NCBI GenBank assembly: GCA_965199715.1
Contig: OZ241322.1
Span: 1,952,001-2,016,000, forward strand
Direction: 5' to 3'
DNA length: 64,000 bases
From: Vicinamibacteria bacterium
Lineage (GTDB): Bacteria; Acidobacteriota; Vicinamibacteria; Marinacidobacterales; Marinacidobacteraceae
Shown: positions 17,813-29,010 of the stretch, in pieces
Layout of the letters: every line of letters begins with the position of its first letter
Position numbering within the stretch: position 1 is the stretch's first letter
Made by a program: the position numbers and the translations under genes
Notes under the pieces: generated by a model
The model's input: only the letters and a program-made list of their open reading frames with translations
The model's database searches: none
Told to the model about the DNA's origin: nothing

Positions 17813-19747
17813 GTGAGCCGCCGCCCCTTCGACGACGTCGATCGTCTCGCCGTGAACGCCCTGCGGGGCCTCGCCATCGACGCCGTCGAACGAGCGAATT
17901 CGGGGCATCCGGGGCTGCCGCTCGGCGCCGCTCCGATGGCGTGGGTCCTCTGGAGTCGGTTCCTGCGCCACGCGCCCTCCGATCCCGGCTGGCCCGACCG
18001 CGACCGCTTCGTGCTCTCCGCCGGCCACGGCTCGATGCTGCTCTACGCGCTGCTGCACGTCTTCGGCTATCCGGTCTCGCAGGGCGACCTGCGCCGCTTC
18101 CGCGTCTGGGGGAGCGTCACGCCGGGGCACCCGGAGAGCTTCGCCACGCCCGGAGTCGAGGCCACGACCGGGCCGCTCGGGCAAGGAGCCGGAAACTCGG
18201 TCGGCATGGCCATCGCCGAGCAGGCGCTGCGGACCGAGTTTCCCGGCCTCCAGGACCACCGGACGTTCGCGCTCGTGTCCGACGGCGATCTCATGGAGGG
18301 CGTCGCGCACGAGGCGGCCTCGCTCGCCGGCCAGCTTCGGCTCTCCCGCCTGACCTGGCTCTACGACGCCAACGACGTCACGCTCGACGGCCCGGCGTCC
18401 CTCGCCTTCGACCGGGAGGACGTGGCCGCCCGCCATCGCGCCCTCGGCTGGCACGTCCAGACGGTCGAGGACGGGAACGCCGACCTCGACGCGATCGAAG
18501 CCGCGCTCCAGGCCGCGACCGAGGACGACCGCCCGTCGCTCATTCGCATCCGCACCACGATCGGCTTCGGCTCCCCGGCGAAGTCCGGCACCGCGGGCGC
18601 GCACGGCGCCCCGCTCGGCGGCGACGAGGCCCGACGGACCAAGGAAGCGCTCGGCCTCGACCCGGACGCCGCGTTCCACGCGCCCGAGTCCGTCCGCGAG
18701 CGGGCCGCCGCGTGCGCGGCCGAAGGAGAAGCCGCCCGCGAGGCGTGGAGCGGAGGCGAGGAACTGGAGCGCCGCTTGCGCAACCGGCTTCCCGAGGACT
18801 GGGACGCGGACCTCCCCGAGTGGGAGCGCGGCGCGAAGCTCGCCACCCGCACCGCGTCGGGCGAGACCATGAACCGGATCGCGGTCCGCGTGCCCGAGTT
18901 CCTCGGCGGCGACGCCGACCTCTCCACCTCGACCAAGACCGACCTCAAGTCCGCCCGCTCGCTCTCCGCCGCCGAACCGGGCGGACGCAACATCCATTAC
19001 GGGGTCCGCGAGCACGCGATGGGCGCGGCGGCCAACGGGATCGCGTACCACGGCGGGCTGCGCAGCTTCACCGCCACCTTCTTCTGCTTCGCCGACTACA
19101 TGCGGCCCTCGATCCGCCTCGCGGCGCTCGCCGGCCTTCCGGTCGTCCACGTCTTCACCCACGACTCGATCGGCGTGGGCGAGGACGGCCCGACCCACCA
19201 GCCGGTCGAGCACCTCATGTCGCTGCGGGCCATGCCCAACCTGCACGTGGTCCGCCCCGCCGACGCGAACGAGACCGTCGAGGCGTGGCGCCACGCGCTC
19301 TCCCGCACCGACGGCCCGACCGCGCTCGTCCTCAGCCGCCAGAACCTGCCGGTCGCGACCGACCGGGCGACGGCCCGGGGCCTCCACCGGGGCGGCTACG
19401 TCCTCGCGGGCGAGGGGGATCCGGACGTGGTCCTGATCGCGACCGGCTCCGAGGTCGCCGTCGCGCTCGAGGCCCGGGAGATCCTCGCCGGGGAAGGCGT
19501 CGAGGCCCGCGTGGTCTCGCTTCCCTGCTGGGAGCTCTTCACGAACGAGGACGGAGCGTTCCCGCCGGGCGTTCCCCGGGTCTCGGTCGAGGCCGGCGCC
19601 ACGCTCGGCTGGGAGCGCCACGTCGGCGACGGGCGCATGATCGGCGTGGACCGCTTCGGCGGCTCCGCTCCGGGGCCGACCGTCGCCGAGCGCCTCGGCC
19701 TCACCGCCGAGCGGGTGGCGGCCGCGGCGCGGGAGCTGCTTTCTTGA
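17813..19747 (+). CDS. tkt: Transketolase
   Basis: [69 protein letters not shown]. Confidence 0.96.
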   Translation: MSRRPFDDVDRLAVNALRGLAIDAVERANSGHPGLPLGAAPMAWVLWSRFLRHAPSDPGWPDRDRFVLSAGHGSMLLYALLHVFGYPVSQGDLRRFRVWGSVTPGHPESFATPGVEATTGPLGQGAGNSVGMAIAEQALRTEFPGLQDHRTFALVSDGDLMEGVAHEAASLAGQLRLSRLTWLYDANDVTLDGPASLAFDREDVAARHRALGWHVQTVEDGNADLDAIEAALQAATEDDRPSLIRIRTTIGFGSPAKSGTAGAHGAPLGGDEARRTKEALGLDPDAAFHAPESVRERAAACAAEGEAAREAWSGGEELERRLRNRLPEDWDADLPEWERGAKLATRTASGETMNRIAVRVPEFLGGDADLSTSTKTDLKSARSLSAAEPGGRNIHYGVREHAMGAAANGIAYHGGLRSFTATFFCFADYMRPSIRLAALAGLPVVHVFTHDSIGVGEDGPTHQPVEHLMSLRAMPNLHVVRPADANETVEAWRHALSRTDGPTALVLSRQNLPVATDRATARGLHRGGYVLAGEGDPDVVLIATGSEVAVALEAREILAGEGVEARVVSLPCWELFTNEDGAFPPGVPRVSVEAGATLGWERHVGDGRMIGVDRFGGSAPGPTVAERLGLTAERVAAAARELLS

Positions 19748-22503
19748 GCCTCGCCGACCACCCCTGGGCATCGTTCCTCCACGAGGTGAAGGCGCCCTCG
19801 CGCTACGCCGGCGGAGAACGCTTCGCCCGGGTGAAGCCGCCGGGCCCGGACATCCGCTCGCGCATGGCGTTCGCCTTTCCCGACGTGTACGACATCGGGA
19901 TGAGCCACCTCGGGGCCAAGATCCTCTACAAGGTCGTGAACGACCACCCGGATCTCGCGCTCGAGCGGGCGTTCTGCCCGTGGCCCGACATGGAGGAGCA
20001 GCTCCGCCGGCGCGGGCTCCCGCTCATCAGTCTCGAGACGCGGCGTCCGCTCTCGGAATTCGACCTCGTCGGGTTCTCGCTCCAGTACGAGCTCACGTTC
20101 ACGAACGTGCTCACCATGCTGGATCTCGGCGGGATTCCGATCCGCTCCGAGGACCGGGACGAATCGCATCCGCTGATCCTCGCCGGCGGGCCCGTCGCCA
20201 CCCACCCCGAGCCGCTCGCGCCCTTCGTGGACGCCTTCCTCGTCGGCGACGCCGAGGAGCGCCTTCCCCGGCTCATGCGCGACTGGGCCCGGCTCCGGGA
20301 CGAGGGCGTCGCCGACCGGGAGGAGCTCCTCTTCCGCCTCCAGCAGGGCGGGGGCCTCTACTGCCCGGCGCTCTACGAACGCGAGATCTGCCCCGAGTCC
20401 GGCCGGGCCGTCGTCGCCCGCGCCCGGCGCGAGGGCGTCCCGCTGAAGGTCGAGCGCGCCCTCGTCCCCGACATCGACCGCTATCCCTTCCCCGACGAGT
20501 CGCCGGTCCCCGTCGCCGAGGCCATCTTCGACCGCACCTCGGTCGAGATCGCCCGCGGCTGCACCGAAGGCTGCCGCTTCTGCCAGGCCGGGATGATCTA
20601 CCGCCCGGTGCGCGAGCGCGATCCGAAGGAAGTCGTGCGCACCGTCGTCTCCGCCGTCGAGAAGGGCGGCTACGACGAGGCCTCGCTGACGTCGCTCTCG
20701 ACGGCCGACTACTCCTGCGTCGCGCCCCTCATCAAGGAGGTCGCGAAGGAGCTCACCCCGAGGAAGGTCGCGCTCGGCGTGTCCAGCCTGCGCGCCTACG
20801 GACTCTCGGAGGACGTGCTCGACGACGTGTCCCAGGTCAAGGCCACCGGCCTCACCTTCGCGCCCGAGGCCGGAACCCAGCGGATGCGCGACGTGGTGAA
20901 CAAGAACATCAGCGAGGCGGACATCTACGAGACGTGCCGCCGAGTGTTCTCGCGGGACTGGGACAGCGCCAAGCTCTACTTCATGATCGGGCTGCCCACC
21001 GAGGAGGACGAGGACGTCCTCGGGATCGCCGCCATGGCCCGGCAGGCGCGGGAGGTCGGAGACTCGGTCTCGCAGCGCCGCGTCCGCATCACCGTCTCGG
21101 TCTCGAGCCACGTCCCGAAGCCCCACACCCCGTTCCAGTGGTGCGCCCAGGACGGGATGGCCGAGATCGACCGCAAGCAGTCGATGCTCCGCGACCGCGC
21201 CCGCAAGGACGGCTTCCGCCTCAAGACCCACGACCAGCAGGTGAGCTGGCTCGAGGGGATCTTCTCGCGGGGGGACGTCCGCGTGGGCCGGCTGCTCGAG
21301 ATCGCGTGGCGGAAGGGCGCCCGCTTCGACGGCTGGAGCGAATGCTTCGCTTTCGATCGCTGGACCGAGGCGCTCGACGAGTGGGAGGCCGAGACCGGCG
21401 TCCGCCGCGAGGAGTTCCTCGCCGCGCTCCCGGTGACCGGCCGGCTCCCGTGGGACCACATCGACGTCGGCCTCGCCGACGGCTTCCTGCTGCGGGAGTG
21501 GCGCCGGGCGCTCCGCCACCGGGGCTCCCCGCCGTGCGGGAAGCCGGTCGGCCAGCTCGTCCACCACGCGACCGTCCCCGACGCCGTGGCCGACGAGCGC
21601 CGCCTCGTCTGCTACCACTGCGGGGTCGCCTGCGACATGGACGCGATGCGCGAGGAGCGGATCGAGTTCCTCGAGTCCATGGGCGCGGACGGCGAGATCC
21701 GCCTTCCGGTGCTCCCGGCGGTCACGCCGGCGGCGGAGCCCGAACCGGTCCGCTACCGCGTCCGCTTCGAGAAGGTCGGGCCGATGGCGCTGCGGGGCCA
21801 CGGCGACCTCATCCGGGTGCTGCCGCGCATCCTCCGCCGCGCCGGCCTCCCGATCCGCTTCACCGAGGGCTTCTCGCCGCACCCCCAGATCAGCTTCGGG
21901 CCGGCGCTCCCGCTCGGAGTCCAGTCCCGCGCGGAATACTGCGAGTTCGCCCTCACGAAGGCGCTGCCCCCGGACGACCTGCTCGCGTCGCTTCAGGCGT
22001 CCACCGAGGAGGGCGTCCGCTTCCGCGAGGTCGCGCACGTCCCGCCCGGCGCAGCCCGCCTCGCGCAGTGGCTCGGAGCGCTCCGCTACGCGGTGCTGCT
22101 TCCGGCGGACGCCCCGAGGGAGCCGCTCGCCGCCCGCCTCGAGGCGTTCGCGGCGGCTTCGGCGTGGCCGCTGACGCTCACCCGCCGGGTGAAGCGCAAG
22201 CCGCGCCGCCGCCGCGACGGCCCCCGCGAGCGCCAGGTCGAGATCGACCTGCGGGCGGCGGTCGGCGGCGCGCGGATCGCGCCGGCGGGAGACGAGGCCG
22301 CGCTCCTCGGCTGCCCCGCCGCCCGCGCGACGCTGCGGTTCCGCATGGTCGCGAGCTCCGACGGCCCCTCCCCCCGCCCGGCCGAAGTGGCGCGGGAGCT
22401 GGCCGGCTACGAGCCGCTCGCGGTGGAGATCGTCCGCTGCGGGGCGGATCCGGCGCCCGGCGCCGTCGCGTCGGATCCGCCGGCCGCCCGCGAGCGGGCA
22501 TGA
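19744..22503 (+). CDS. B12-binding radical SAM protein (TIGR03960-type) fused to a C-terminal radical-SAM-linked domain (TIGR03936/DUF2344-type)
   Basis: [37 protein letters not shown] (CxxxCxxC), FAPEAGT, LPWDHID; then [10 protein letters not shown]...GHGDL...[22 protein letters not shown] overlap with tkt stop. Confidence 0.9.
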   Translation: MSLADHPWASFLHEVKAPSRYAGGERFARVKPPGPDIRSRMAFAFPDVYDIGMSHLGAKILYKVVNDHPDLALERAFCPWPDMEEQLRRRGLPLISLETRRPLSEFDLVGFSLQYELTFTNVLTMLDLGGIPIRSEDRDESHPLILAGGPVATHPEPLAPFVDAFLVGDAEERLPRLMRDWARLRDEGVADREELLFRLQQGGGLYCPALYEREICPESGRAVVARARREGVPLKVERALVPDIDRYPFPDESPVPVAEAIFDRTSVEIARGCTEGCRFCQAGMIYRPVRERDPKEVVRTVVSAVEKGGYDEASLTSLSTADYSCVAPLIKEVAKELTPRKVALGVSSLRAYGLSEDVLDDVSQVKATGLTFAPEAGTQRMRDVVNKNISEADIYETCRRVFSRDWDSAKLYFMIGLPTEEDEDVLGIAAMARQAREVGDSVSQRRVRITVSVSSHVPKPHTPFQWCAQDGMAEIDRKQSMLRDRARKDGFRLKTHDQQVSWLEGIFSRGDVRVGRLLEIAWRKGARFDGWSECFAFDRWTEALDEWEAETGVRREEFLAALPVTGRLPWDHIDVGLADGFLLREWRRALRHRGSPPCGKPVGQLVHHATVPDAVADERRLVCYHCGVACDMDAMREERIEFLESMGADGEIRLPVLPAVTPAAEPEPVRYRVRFEKVGPMALRGHGDLIRVLPRILRRAGLPIRFTEGFSPHPQISFGPALPLGVQSRAEYCEFALTKALPPDDLLASLQASTEEGVRFREVAHVPPGAARLAQWLGALRYAVLLPADAPREPLAARLEAFAAASAWPLTLTRRVKRKPRRRRDGPRERQVEIDLRAAVGGARIAPAGDEAALLGCPAARATLRFRMVASSDGPSPRPAEVARELAGYEPLAVEIVRCGADPAPGAVASDPPAARERA

Positions 22504-24212
22504 CGCCGCTTCTCGTCGTCGCGCTGCTGGCGATCCAGCCGGATCCCGACCTCCACGCGCTCTTCGACGAGTTCATGGAATTGCGCCGCGCCGAGGAGCC
22601 GCGCTTCGCCGCGTCGCTCGCCGGAACCGTCCCCGAGACGCTCGGCTCGATGACCCAGGCGGACATCGCCCGGCGCGCCGAAGCGGCGGCCGGACTTCGG
22701 GAGCGGCTGCTCGCGATCCCCGAGGATCGCCTGTCGCTCGACGACCGAGTGCACCGGGGCGTGTTCGAGGCCGCGCTCGACGAGCGGATCGGCGACGCCC
22801 GCTTCGCCTCCCACCTCATGCCGCTGAACGCCGATTCCGGCTTCCACATCGGCATGGCGCGCCTTCCGAACTCGGTCCCGCTGCGCAGCGTCGCGGACTA
22901 CGAGGGCTACATCGCCCTGCTGGCGGACGTCCCGCGCTGGTTCGAGGAGCACATGGACCTCATGCGGCTCGGGCTCGAGACCGGCATGACCGTCCCGCGC
23001 GTCGTGCTCGAGGGCTACGAGGTCACGATCGAGAGCCACGTCGTGGAGAACCCGGAGGAGAGCGTCTTCTTCGCGCCCTTCGCCGCGTTCCCCGACTCGG
23101 TGCCCGCCGCCGAGCGCGACCGGCTCCGGACGGACGGCGCCGCCGCGGTGCTCGAAGGACCCGTCCGCGCCTACCGCGAGTTCGTCGAGTTCTTCACCCG
23201 GACCTACCGGCCCGGGGCGCGCGCGACCATCGGCGCTTCCGACCTGCCCCGGGGCCGCGCCTACTACGCGTGGCTCGTCGGCCGCTTCACCACCCTCGAC
23301 CAGACCCCCGACCAGGTCCACCAGACGGGCCTGCGGGAGGTCGCCCGGATCCGCGCCGAGATGGAGGACGCGATGCGGGCGACCGGGTTCGAGGGCGAGT
23401 GGGAGGAGTTCCTCGACTTCCTGCGGACCGACCCGCAGTTCTACGTCGAGACCCCCGAGGCGCTGCTGCGGGAGGCCATGTGGATCGTCAAGCGGATGGA
23501 CGGCGCCCTGCCGCGCCTGTTCCGTTCGCTCCCCCGCCAGCCGTACACGGTCGAGCCGGTGCCCGACGCCATCGCCCCCAAATACACCGGCGGCCGCTAC
23601 GTCGGCGCCCCGCTCGACTCCACCGAGCCCGGCCGCTACTGGGTGAACACCTACGCGCTTGAGAGCCGGCCGCTATACACGCTCGAGGCGCTAAGCCTCC
23701 ACGAGGCGGTCCCCGGCCACCACCTCCAGATCGCCCTGACGAAGGAGCTGGACATGCCCGAGTTCCGCCGGCACTTCGGGATCGGGGCCTACAGCGAGGG
23801 CTGGGGTCTGTATTCGGAGCGGCTCGGCCTCGAGGTCGGGTTCTACGAGGACCCGTACAGCAATTTCGGTCGGCTCACCTACGAGATGTGGCGCGCCTGC
23901 CGGCTCGTCGTGGATACCGGGATGCACGCGTTCGGCTGGACCCGCGAGCGGACGATCGACTACCTCGAGGCGAACACCGCGCTCTCGCTCCACGAGATCA
24001 CGACCGAGACCGACCGCTACATCGCCTGGCCGGGCCAGGCGCTCGGCTACAAGATGGGCGAGCTCAAGATCCGCGAGCTCCGGACGCTCGCCGAGGACAC
24101 GCTCGGGGACGCGTTCGACTTGCGGGAGTTCCACGACCGGATCCTCCTGAGCGGACCGGTCACCCTACCGCTGCTGGACGACCTGATCCGGGCCTGGCTC
24201 GCCGGCTACTGA
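22500..24212 (+). CDS. DUF885 family protein (putative secreted metallopeptidase)
   Basis: [50 protein letters not shown]. Confidence 0.92.
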   Translation: MTPLLVVALLAIQPDPDLHALFDEFMELRRAEEPRFAASLAGTVPETLGSMTQADIARRAEAAAGLRERLLAIPEDRLSLDDRVHRGVFEAALDERIGDARFASHLMPLNADSGFHIGMARLPNSVPLRSVADYEGYIALLADVPRWFEEHMDLMRLGLETGMTVPRVVLEGYEVTIESHVVENPEESVFFAPFAAFPDSVPAAERDRLRTDGAAAVLEGPVRAYREFVEFFTRTYRPGARATIGASDLPRGRAYYAWLVGRFTTLDQTPDQVHQTGLREVARIRAEMEDAMRATGFEGEWEEFLDFLRTDPQFYVETPEALLREAMWIVKRMDGALPRLFRSLPRQPYTVEPVPDAIAPKYTGGRYVGAPLDSTEPGRYWVNTYALESRPLYTLEALSLHEAVPGHHLQIALTKELDMPEFRRHFGIGAYSEGWGLYSERLGLEVGFYEDPYSNFGRLTYEMWRACRLVVDTGMHAFGWTRERTIDYLEANTALSLHEITTETDRYIAWPGQALGYKMGELKIRELRTLAEDTLGDAFDLREFHDRILLSGPVTLPLLDDLIRAWLAGY

Positions 24213-27200
24213 ATCCGCCTCCCCGGCGTCCACGGCGCCCCGGCGGCCGCAAGATCGGCCTCCAGCTCCGCGAGACCGTCGATCAGCTCCCCCAGGTCCG
24301 CCTCGATCCCGGCGAAGTCGGCCGCGGCGACCCGCAGGCTCTCCCGCTGGGTCGTCGTGGGCATGAGCCGGGTGTCCCAGTGGCCGCCAGCGACCTGTCC
24401 GGCCCGGTCCCGCACCGACGGCTCGGCGGGGTGGTTGCGCGACTGCCGCGCCGGGTCCCCGTTCAGCCGGACCTCGATCTCCGAGAGGTTCCCCAGAATC
24501 GAGTCCATGCGGGCGAAGAGCGCGGGATCGGCCGAGGGCGTCTCGACGAGCGCCGCGCGCAGATGCCGCAGCCGCTCGCGAACGCGGCGCGCCTCGGCGG
24601 CCGCCCCGTGCGCCTCGCGCAGCAGCGCGGCGGTCTCCTGCTGGAACGCCGCGACCGCGGCCGGATCGGTCCCCTCGGGCAGCGTCGGAACCGGCTTCAC
24701 CATGAAGCGCTGCGGCTCCCCGAGGCCCTGGACCCCGTCGCCGCCGACGGCGACGAGCCGGGCCTCGTACTCGCCGGGAGCCACGAGCGGCCCCCGGGGC
24801 GGGCGCACCCACGGCGGACTGAATCCCGGCGTCGTCAGGTTCACCGGGTTGGGCGGCGGCCCGCGCAGATCCCAGCTCACCCGGTGGACCCCCTTCTTCG
24901 CGCCGCCGGCCACGCGCCGGACGACCGTTCCGCCCGAGTCCCGAATCTCGACGAGCACGCTGGGCGCCGCCTCGAGGCCCTCGATCCGCAGCGCGTCGAA
25001 GCCGGGGAAGGGGACGTCCTCGCCCGCCTCGCGCGCCTCTTTCTCCCGTGCGCGCCTCGTCTCGCGGGCGGTCTTGAGATCCTCGGGCAGCCGGTAGGTC
25101 ACGACCGCGCCGAAGGGCGGGTTCTCCGCCACGTAGGCGGTGCTGCCCTGCGTCGGGCGTCCCGGGGCCTGCGCCGGAACCGAGGGCACGTACCACCAGG
25201 CGTCGCGCACCGGAAAGAGGGTCGGCTCCCCCGATTCCACGGCGGCCGCCATCTCCCGCAACGGCCCGTAGTCGTCGAGCACGTAGAACCCGCGCCCGAA
25301 CGTCGCGCCGACGAGGTCGTCGTCGCGCCGGTGGACCTTCAGGTCGCGGAACGCGATGGTCGGCGCTCCCTTGAGCGGCGCCCAGTTCTCCCCGCCGTTC
25401 AGCGAGACCCGCAGCCCGTGCTCGGTCGCGAGGAAGAGCAGGTTGGGATCCTCGTGGTCCTGCTGGATCGCCCACAGGATCGTCCGGTCGGGAAGGTCGC
25501 CCGCGATCGAGCGCCAGCTCGTTCCCATGTCGTCGCTCGCGAACAGGAACGGGCGGAAGTCGCCCATCTTGTGGTTGTCGGCGACGACGAAGATCGTCTC
25601 CGCTTCGTGGACCGAGAACTCCACGTCGTTGACGAACGACAGCGCCGGAAGCCCCGGCAGGTCCGCCGCCCGCGACCAGCTCGCGCCGCCGTCGGAGCTC
25701 GCGTGCACCAGCCCGTCGTCGCTCCCGGTCACGAGCGCCCCCGCCCGCACCGGCGACTCGCTGATCGCGGTTAGGGTCGCGTACCGGGACATCGCGCCGG
25801 TGTCATGCAGCGCGTCCACGCTCCAGATCCGGTCGTAGAACGGGAGTTCGTAGCGGTTCCGCCCGGTGGTGAGGTCGGGGCTGGCCGCCGTCCACGACTC
25901 CCCCCGGTCGTCGCTCCGCCATACCCGCTGCGAGCCGAACCAGACCCGGTCGGGGTCGTGCGGACTGAGCAGCAGCGGCGCGTCCCAGTTCCACCGCTCC
26001 GGCGGCTCGCCCGGGGCCGGAAGCGGCTGGATGTGGAGGACTTCCTCGTTGCGCCGATGCACCCGCTGCAGGTTGCCCTGCTGGGTCATCAGGTAGAGCA
26101 GGTCGGGGTCGCGGGGATCCATCGCGACCCCGTAGCCGTCGGCGCCGAGCGGGACGTACCAGTCCCGGTTGCGCACGCCCTCGACGTTCGTCGTGCGGGC
26201 CGGCCCGTGGACGGTGCCGAGATCCTGCGCCCCGCCGAGGATGTCGTAGAACGGCTCCCGGTCGTTCAGCGCCACCTTGTAGAACTGCGAGATGGGCATG
26301 TTCGGGAAGTGCCGCCACGTGGTTCCGCCGTCGAAGCTCTCGTACAGGCCGGCGTCGCTGCCTCCGAGCAGATGACGGGGATCCTCCGGGTCGATCCACA
26401 GCGCGTGGTTGTCGCTGTGCTTCTCCCGGCCGGTTCCGAGCACGTCGAACGAGCGCCCGCCGTCGCGGGTGACGTGGAAGAACACGTCCATCTGATAGAC
26501 GGTGTCCGCGTCGGTCGGATCGGCCTCGATCTCCTGGTAGTAGTGGGGCCCGGTGCCCCCGGAGATGTAGGAGTTGCGCTTCTCCCAACTCTCGCCCCGG
26601 TCGTCCGACCGGTAGAAGCCGCGCTCGTCGGCGTCCGCCTCGATCGTCGCGTACACGATCTCGGGCGCGGCCGGGGTCACGGCGAGGCCGATCTTGCCCA
26701 CGTCCCCCTTGGGGAGGCCGCGGGCGATCTTGCGGAACGTCGCCCCGCCGTCGGTGGACTTGTGGATCCCGGAGCCCGGCCCGCCGGCGAGGAAGGACCA
26801 CACGTGGCGCCGCCGCTGGTACGCCGCCGCATAGACGACGTCCGGATCGTCCGGCGCGAATTCGAGGTCGGTCGCCCCGACGTCGGGGCCCAGATCCAGC
26901 GTCCGGGTCCACGTGGCGCCGCCGTCCTCGGTGAGGAAGACCCCGCGCTCGCCGCCGCCGCTCCACAGCGGCCCCTCGGCCGCGACCAGCACCCGGTCGC
27001 CGTCGCGGGGGTCCACGAGGATCCGCCCGATGTGCTCGGACGCCTCAAGCCCCATCCGCTCCCACGAGCCGCCGCCATCCCGGCTCCGATACGCGCCGTC
27101 GCCCCAGCCGACGTGCCGTCCGCTCACGTTCTCGCCGGTGCCCGCCCACACCGTCTCCGGGTTCGAGGGGTCGAGCGCGACGGTTCCGATGGAGTAGGAC

Positions 27201-27445
27201 GGCTGGTCGTCGAAGATCGGCGTCCACGTCGTGCCGGCGTTCGTCGTCTTCCACAGGCCCCCCGATCCCACCGCGACGTACCAGGTCGTGGGCCGTTCGG
27301 GATGGACCGCCACGTCGGCGATGCGCCCGCCCATGAGCGCGGGTCCGACTTCCCGGAGCTTGAGGCCGCCGACGGCGTCGTCGATCTGCGCGGCGGCGGG
27401 GGCCGCGGCCAGCAGGAGGATGGCGAGAAGGCGGCTTCGTGCCAT
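24206..27445 (-). CDS. Large secreted VPS10/sortilin-like BNR-repeat protein (glycosyl-hydrolase-like)
   Basis: Signal peptide, REVGPALMGGRIAD, many S.DGG.(T/S)W Asp-boxes, HSDNHALWIDP, LVGATFGRGFYVLDD, C-terminal helical tail. Confidence 0.88.
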   Translation of the reverse strand: MARSRLLAILLLAAAPAAAQIDDAVGGLKLREVGPALMGGRIADVAVHPERPTTWYVAVGSGGLWKTTNAGTTWTPIFDDQPSYSIGTVALDPSNPETVWAGTGENVSGRHVGWGDGAYRSRDGGGSWERMGLEASEHIGRILVDPRDGDRVLVAAEGPLWSGGGERGVFLTEDGGATWTRTLDLGPDVGATDLEFAPDDPDVVYAAAYQRRRHVWSFLAGGPGSGIHKSTDGGATFRKIARGLPKGDVGKIGLAVTPAAPEIVYATIEADADERGFYRSDDRGESWEKRNSYISGGTGPHYYQEIEADPTDADTVYQMDVFFHVTRDGGRSFDVLGTGREKHSDNHALWIDPEDPRHLLGGSDAGLYESFDGGTTWRHFPNMPISQFYKVALNDREPFYDILGGAQDLGTVHGPARTTNVEGVRNRDWYVPLGADGYGVAMDPRDPDLLYLMTQQGNLQRVHRRNEEVLHIQPLPAPGEPPERWNWDAPLLLSPHDPDRVWFGSQRVWRSDDRGESWTAASPDLTTGRNRYELPFYDRIWSVDALHDTGAMSRYATLTAISESPVRAGALVTGSDDGLVHASSDGGASWSRAADLPGLPALSFVNDVEFSVHEAETIFVVADNHKMGDFRPFLFASDDMGTSWRSIAGDLPDRTILWAIQQDHEDPNLLFLATEHGLRVSLNGGENWAPLKGAPTIAFRDLKVHRRDDDLVGATFGRGFYVLDDYGPLREMAAAVESGEPTLFPVRDAWWYVPSVPAQAPGRPTQGSTAYVAENPPFGAVVTYRLPEDLKTARETRRAREKEAREAGEDVPFPGFDALRIEGLEAAPSVLVEIRDSGGTVVRRVAGGAKKGVHRVSWDLRGPPPNPVNLTTPGFSPPWVRPPRGPLVAPGEYEARLVAVGGDGVQGLGEPQRFMVKPVPTLPEGTDPAAVAAFQQETAALLREAHGAAAEARRVRERLRHLRAALVETPSADPALFARMDSILGNLSEIEVRLNGDPARQSRNHPAEPSVRDRAGQVAGGHWDTRLMPTTTQRESLRVAAADFAGIEADLGELIDGLAELEADLAAAGAPWTPGRRIQ

Positions 27446-27505
27446 GGTCACGCTCCTTCGAAGGGCGCTCCATCGTACACTCGCGACCCCGTAGAATCCC
27501 GCGCC

Positions 27506-28564
27506 ATGCGCGTTCTCCTCCCCGCTTCCCTGCTGATCCTCGGCTGCGGCGCTCCCGCCGAAATGGAGCCCGAACCCGAGCCCCAGACGGTCTCGCCGAA
27601 TGACGATTTCCCGAATCCGTTCGAGCCCGAAGCGATGTGGGGCGACCTCCCCGGTGACCGGATCTGGGGCGCGATCAGCGCCATCTACCCCGCCGCCGAC
27701 GGGAACATGTGGACCGCCGAGCGCTGCGGCCAGAACTGGTGCGGGGACCGGCCCGACGTGGACATGATCGTGCTTTTCACGCCCGAGGGCGAGGTCGTGC
27801 GCACCTTCGGCGCCGGCGTCATCGCGTGGCCGCACGGTATGTTCGTGGACGATGACGGGAATCTCTGGGTCGCTGACGCGACCGGCTTCGTGGAGCCCGA
27901 GGACGTCCCCGAGGGGCTCGGCCACCAGGTGGTCAAGTTCAGCCCCGAGGGCGAGGTGCTGATGGTGCTCGGCGAGCCCGGCGTCGCGGGCGACGGCGAC
28001 GGCCAGTTCCGGATGCCGTCGGACGTGCTGGTCGCTCCCGACGGGACGATCTTCGTGGCCGACGGGCACAACTCCAGCGGCAACAACCGCATCTCCAAGT
28101 TCTCGGCCGACGGCGAATACCTGACGAGCTTCGGCGAGACCGGGACCGACCCCGGCCAGTTCCGCGATCCGCACGCGCTCGCCATGGACTCGCAGGGCCG
28201 CCTCTTCGTCGGCGACCGCGGCAACAACCGCATCCAGCTCTTCGATCAAGACGGGAACTTCCTCGAGGAGTGGCTGCAGTTCGGACGTCCGAGCGGGGTC
28301 TTCATCGACGGCGACGACCGCATCTACGTCGCCGATTCGGAGTCCACCTCGGAAGCGAATCCGGGATTCGGGCGCGGGATCCGCATCGGCAGCGCCGCGG
28401 ACGGCGGCGTCAGCCACTACCTCCCCGACGACGTGTCCGACCTCGAGCCGGGCGCCGAGCCCGTGACCAGCGGCCCCGAGGGCGTCGCGGTCGACGCGCA
28501 CGGCGCGGTGTACGGCGGCGAGGTCCGCCAGCGGATGGTGCGGAAGTTCTCTCCCGCCCCGTAG
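27506..28564 (+). CDS. NHL-repeat lipoprotein (peptidyl-alpha-hydroxyglycine lyase-like)
   Basis: Lipobox LILGC; PHGMFVD.DGNLWVAD, F..PSDV.V..DGTIFVADGH, PHALAMDSQGRLFVGDRGNNRIQLF. Confidence 0.88.
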   Translation: MRVLLPASLLILGCGAPAEMEPEPEPQTVSPNDDFPNPFEPEAMWGDLPGDRIWGAISAIYPAADGNMWTAERCGQNWCGDRPDVDMIVLFTPEGEVVRTFGAGVIAWPHGMFVDDDGNLWVADATGFVEPEDVPEGLGHQVVKFSPEGEVLMVLGEPGVAGDGDGQFRMPSDVLVAPDGTIFVADGHNSSGNNRISKFSADGEYLTSFGETGTDPGQFRDPHALAMDSQGRLFVGDRGNNRIQLFDQDGNFLEEWLQFGRPSGVFIDGDDRIYVADSESTSEANPGFGRGIRIGSAADGGVSHYLPDDVSDLEPGAEPVTSGPEGVAVDAHGAVYGGEVRQRMVRKFSPAP

Positions 28565-28568
28565 GGTC

Positions 28569-29000
28569 TTACTCGGCGGCGATCGACACCGACATCAGGA
28601 ACCGGTAGTCGATCGCCAGGATCCGCTCCGTCTGCGCCGTCGGCTCGACTCCGAGCATCCGGATCTCGAGCCCCTCGAAGGTCCGGGTCGTCTCGCCGCT
28701 CGTGGGCACGCTCATCGCGAGCGAGTTCTGGAGGGTCGCGGTCTCCACGTCGAACGAGATCTCGAGGTAGCCGGGATCGGCGCAGGTCGCGCCCGCGGCG
28801 CAGCGGGAGTCCTGCCCCACGTGCAGCACGCTGATGTAGAGGTACTGCCCCGCGCCCGCGATCAGGCCGAGATCCCCGGCCCGCAGCACGAACGGCGCGT
28901 CGAAGGGCGCCTGGAACGTCGGCGTGGGCAGGCTGCTGGTCGTGCTCGTGCCGCAGCCGGCGAGCGCGAGGGCGGCGAGCGCGAGCCGCAGGAGCCTCAT
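28569..29000 (-). CDS. Hypothetical lipoprotein
   Basis: MRLLRLALAALALAGC lipobox; DSRC.....C motif; TAGAAT 7 nt upstream of the ATG. Confidence 0.78.
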   Translation of the reverse strand: MRLLRLALAALALAGCGTSTTSSLPTPTFQAPFDAPFVLRAGDLGLIAGAGQYLYISVLHVGQDSRCAAGATCADPGYLEISFDVETATLQNSLAMSVPTSGETTRTFEGLEIRMLGVEPTAQTERILAIDYRFLMSVSIAAE

Positions 29001-29010
29001 GCTGGCCATT

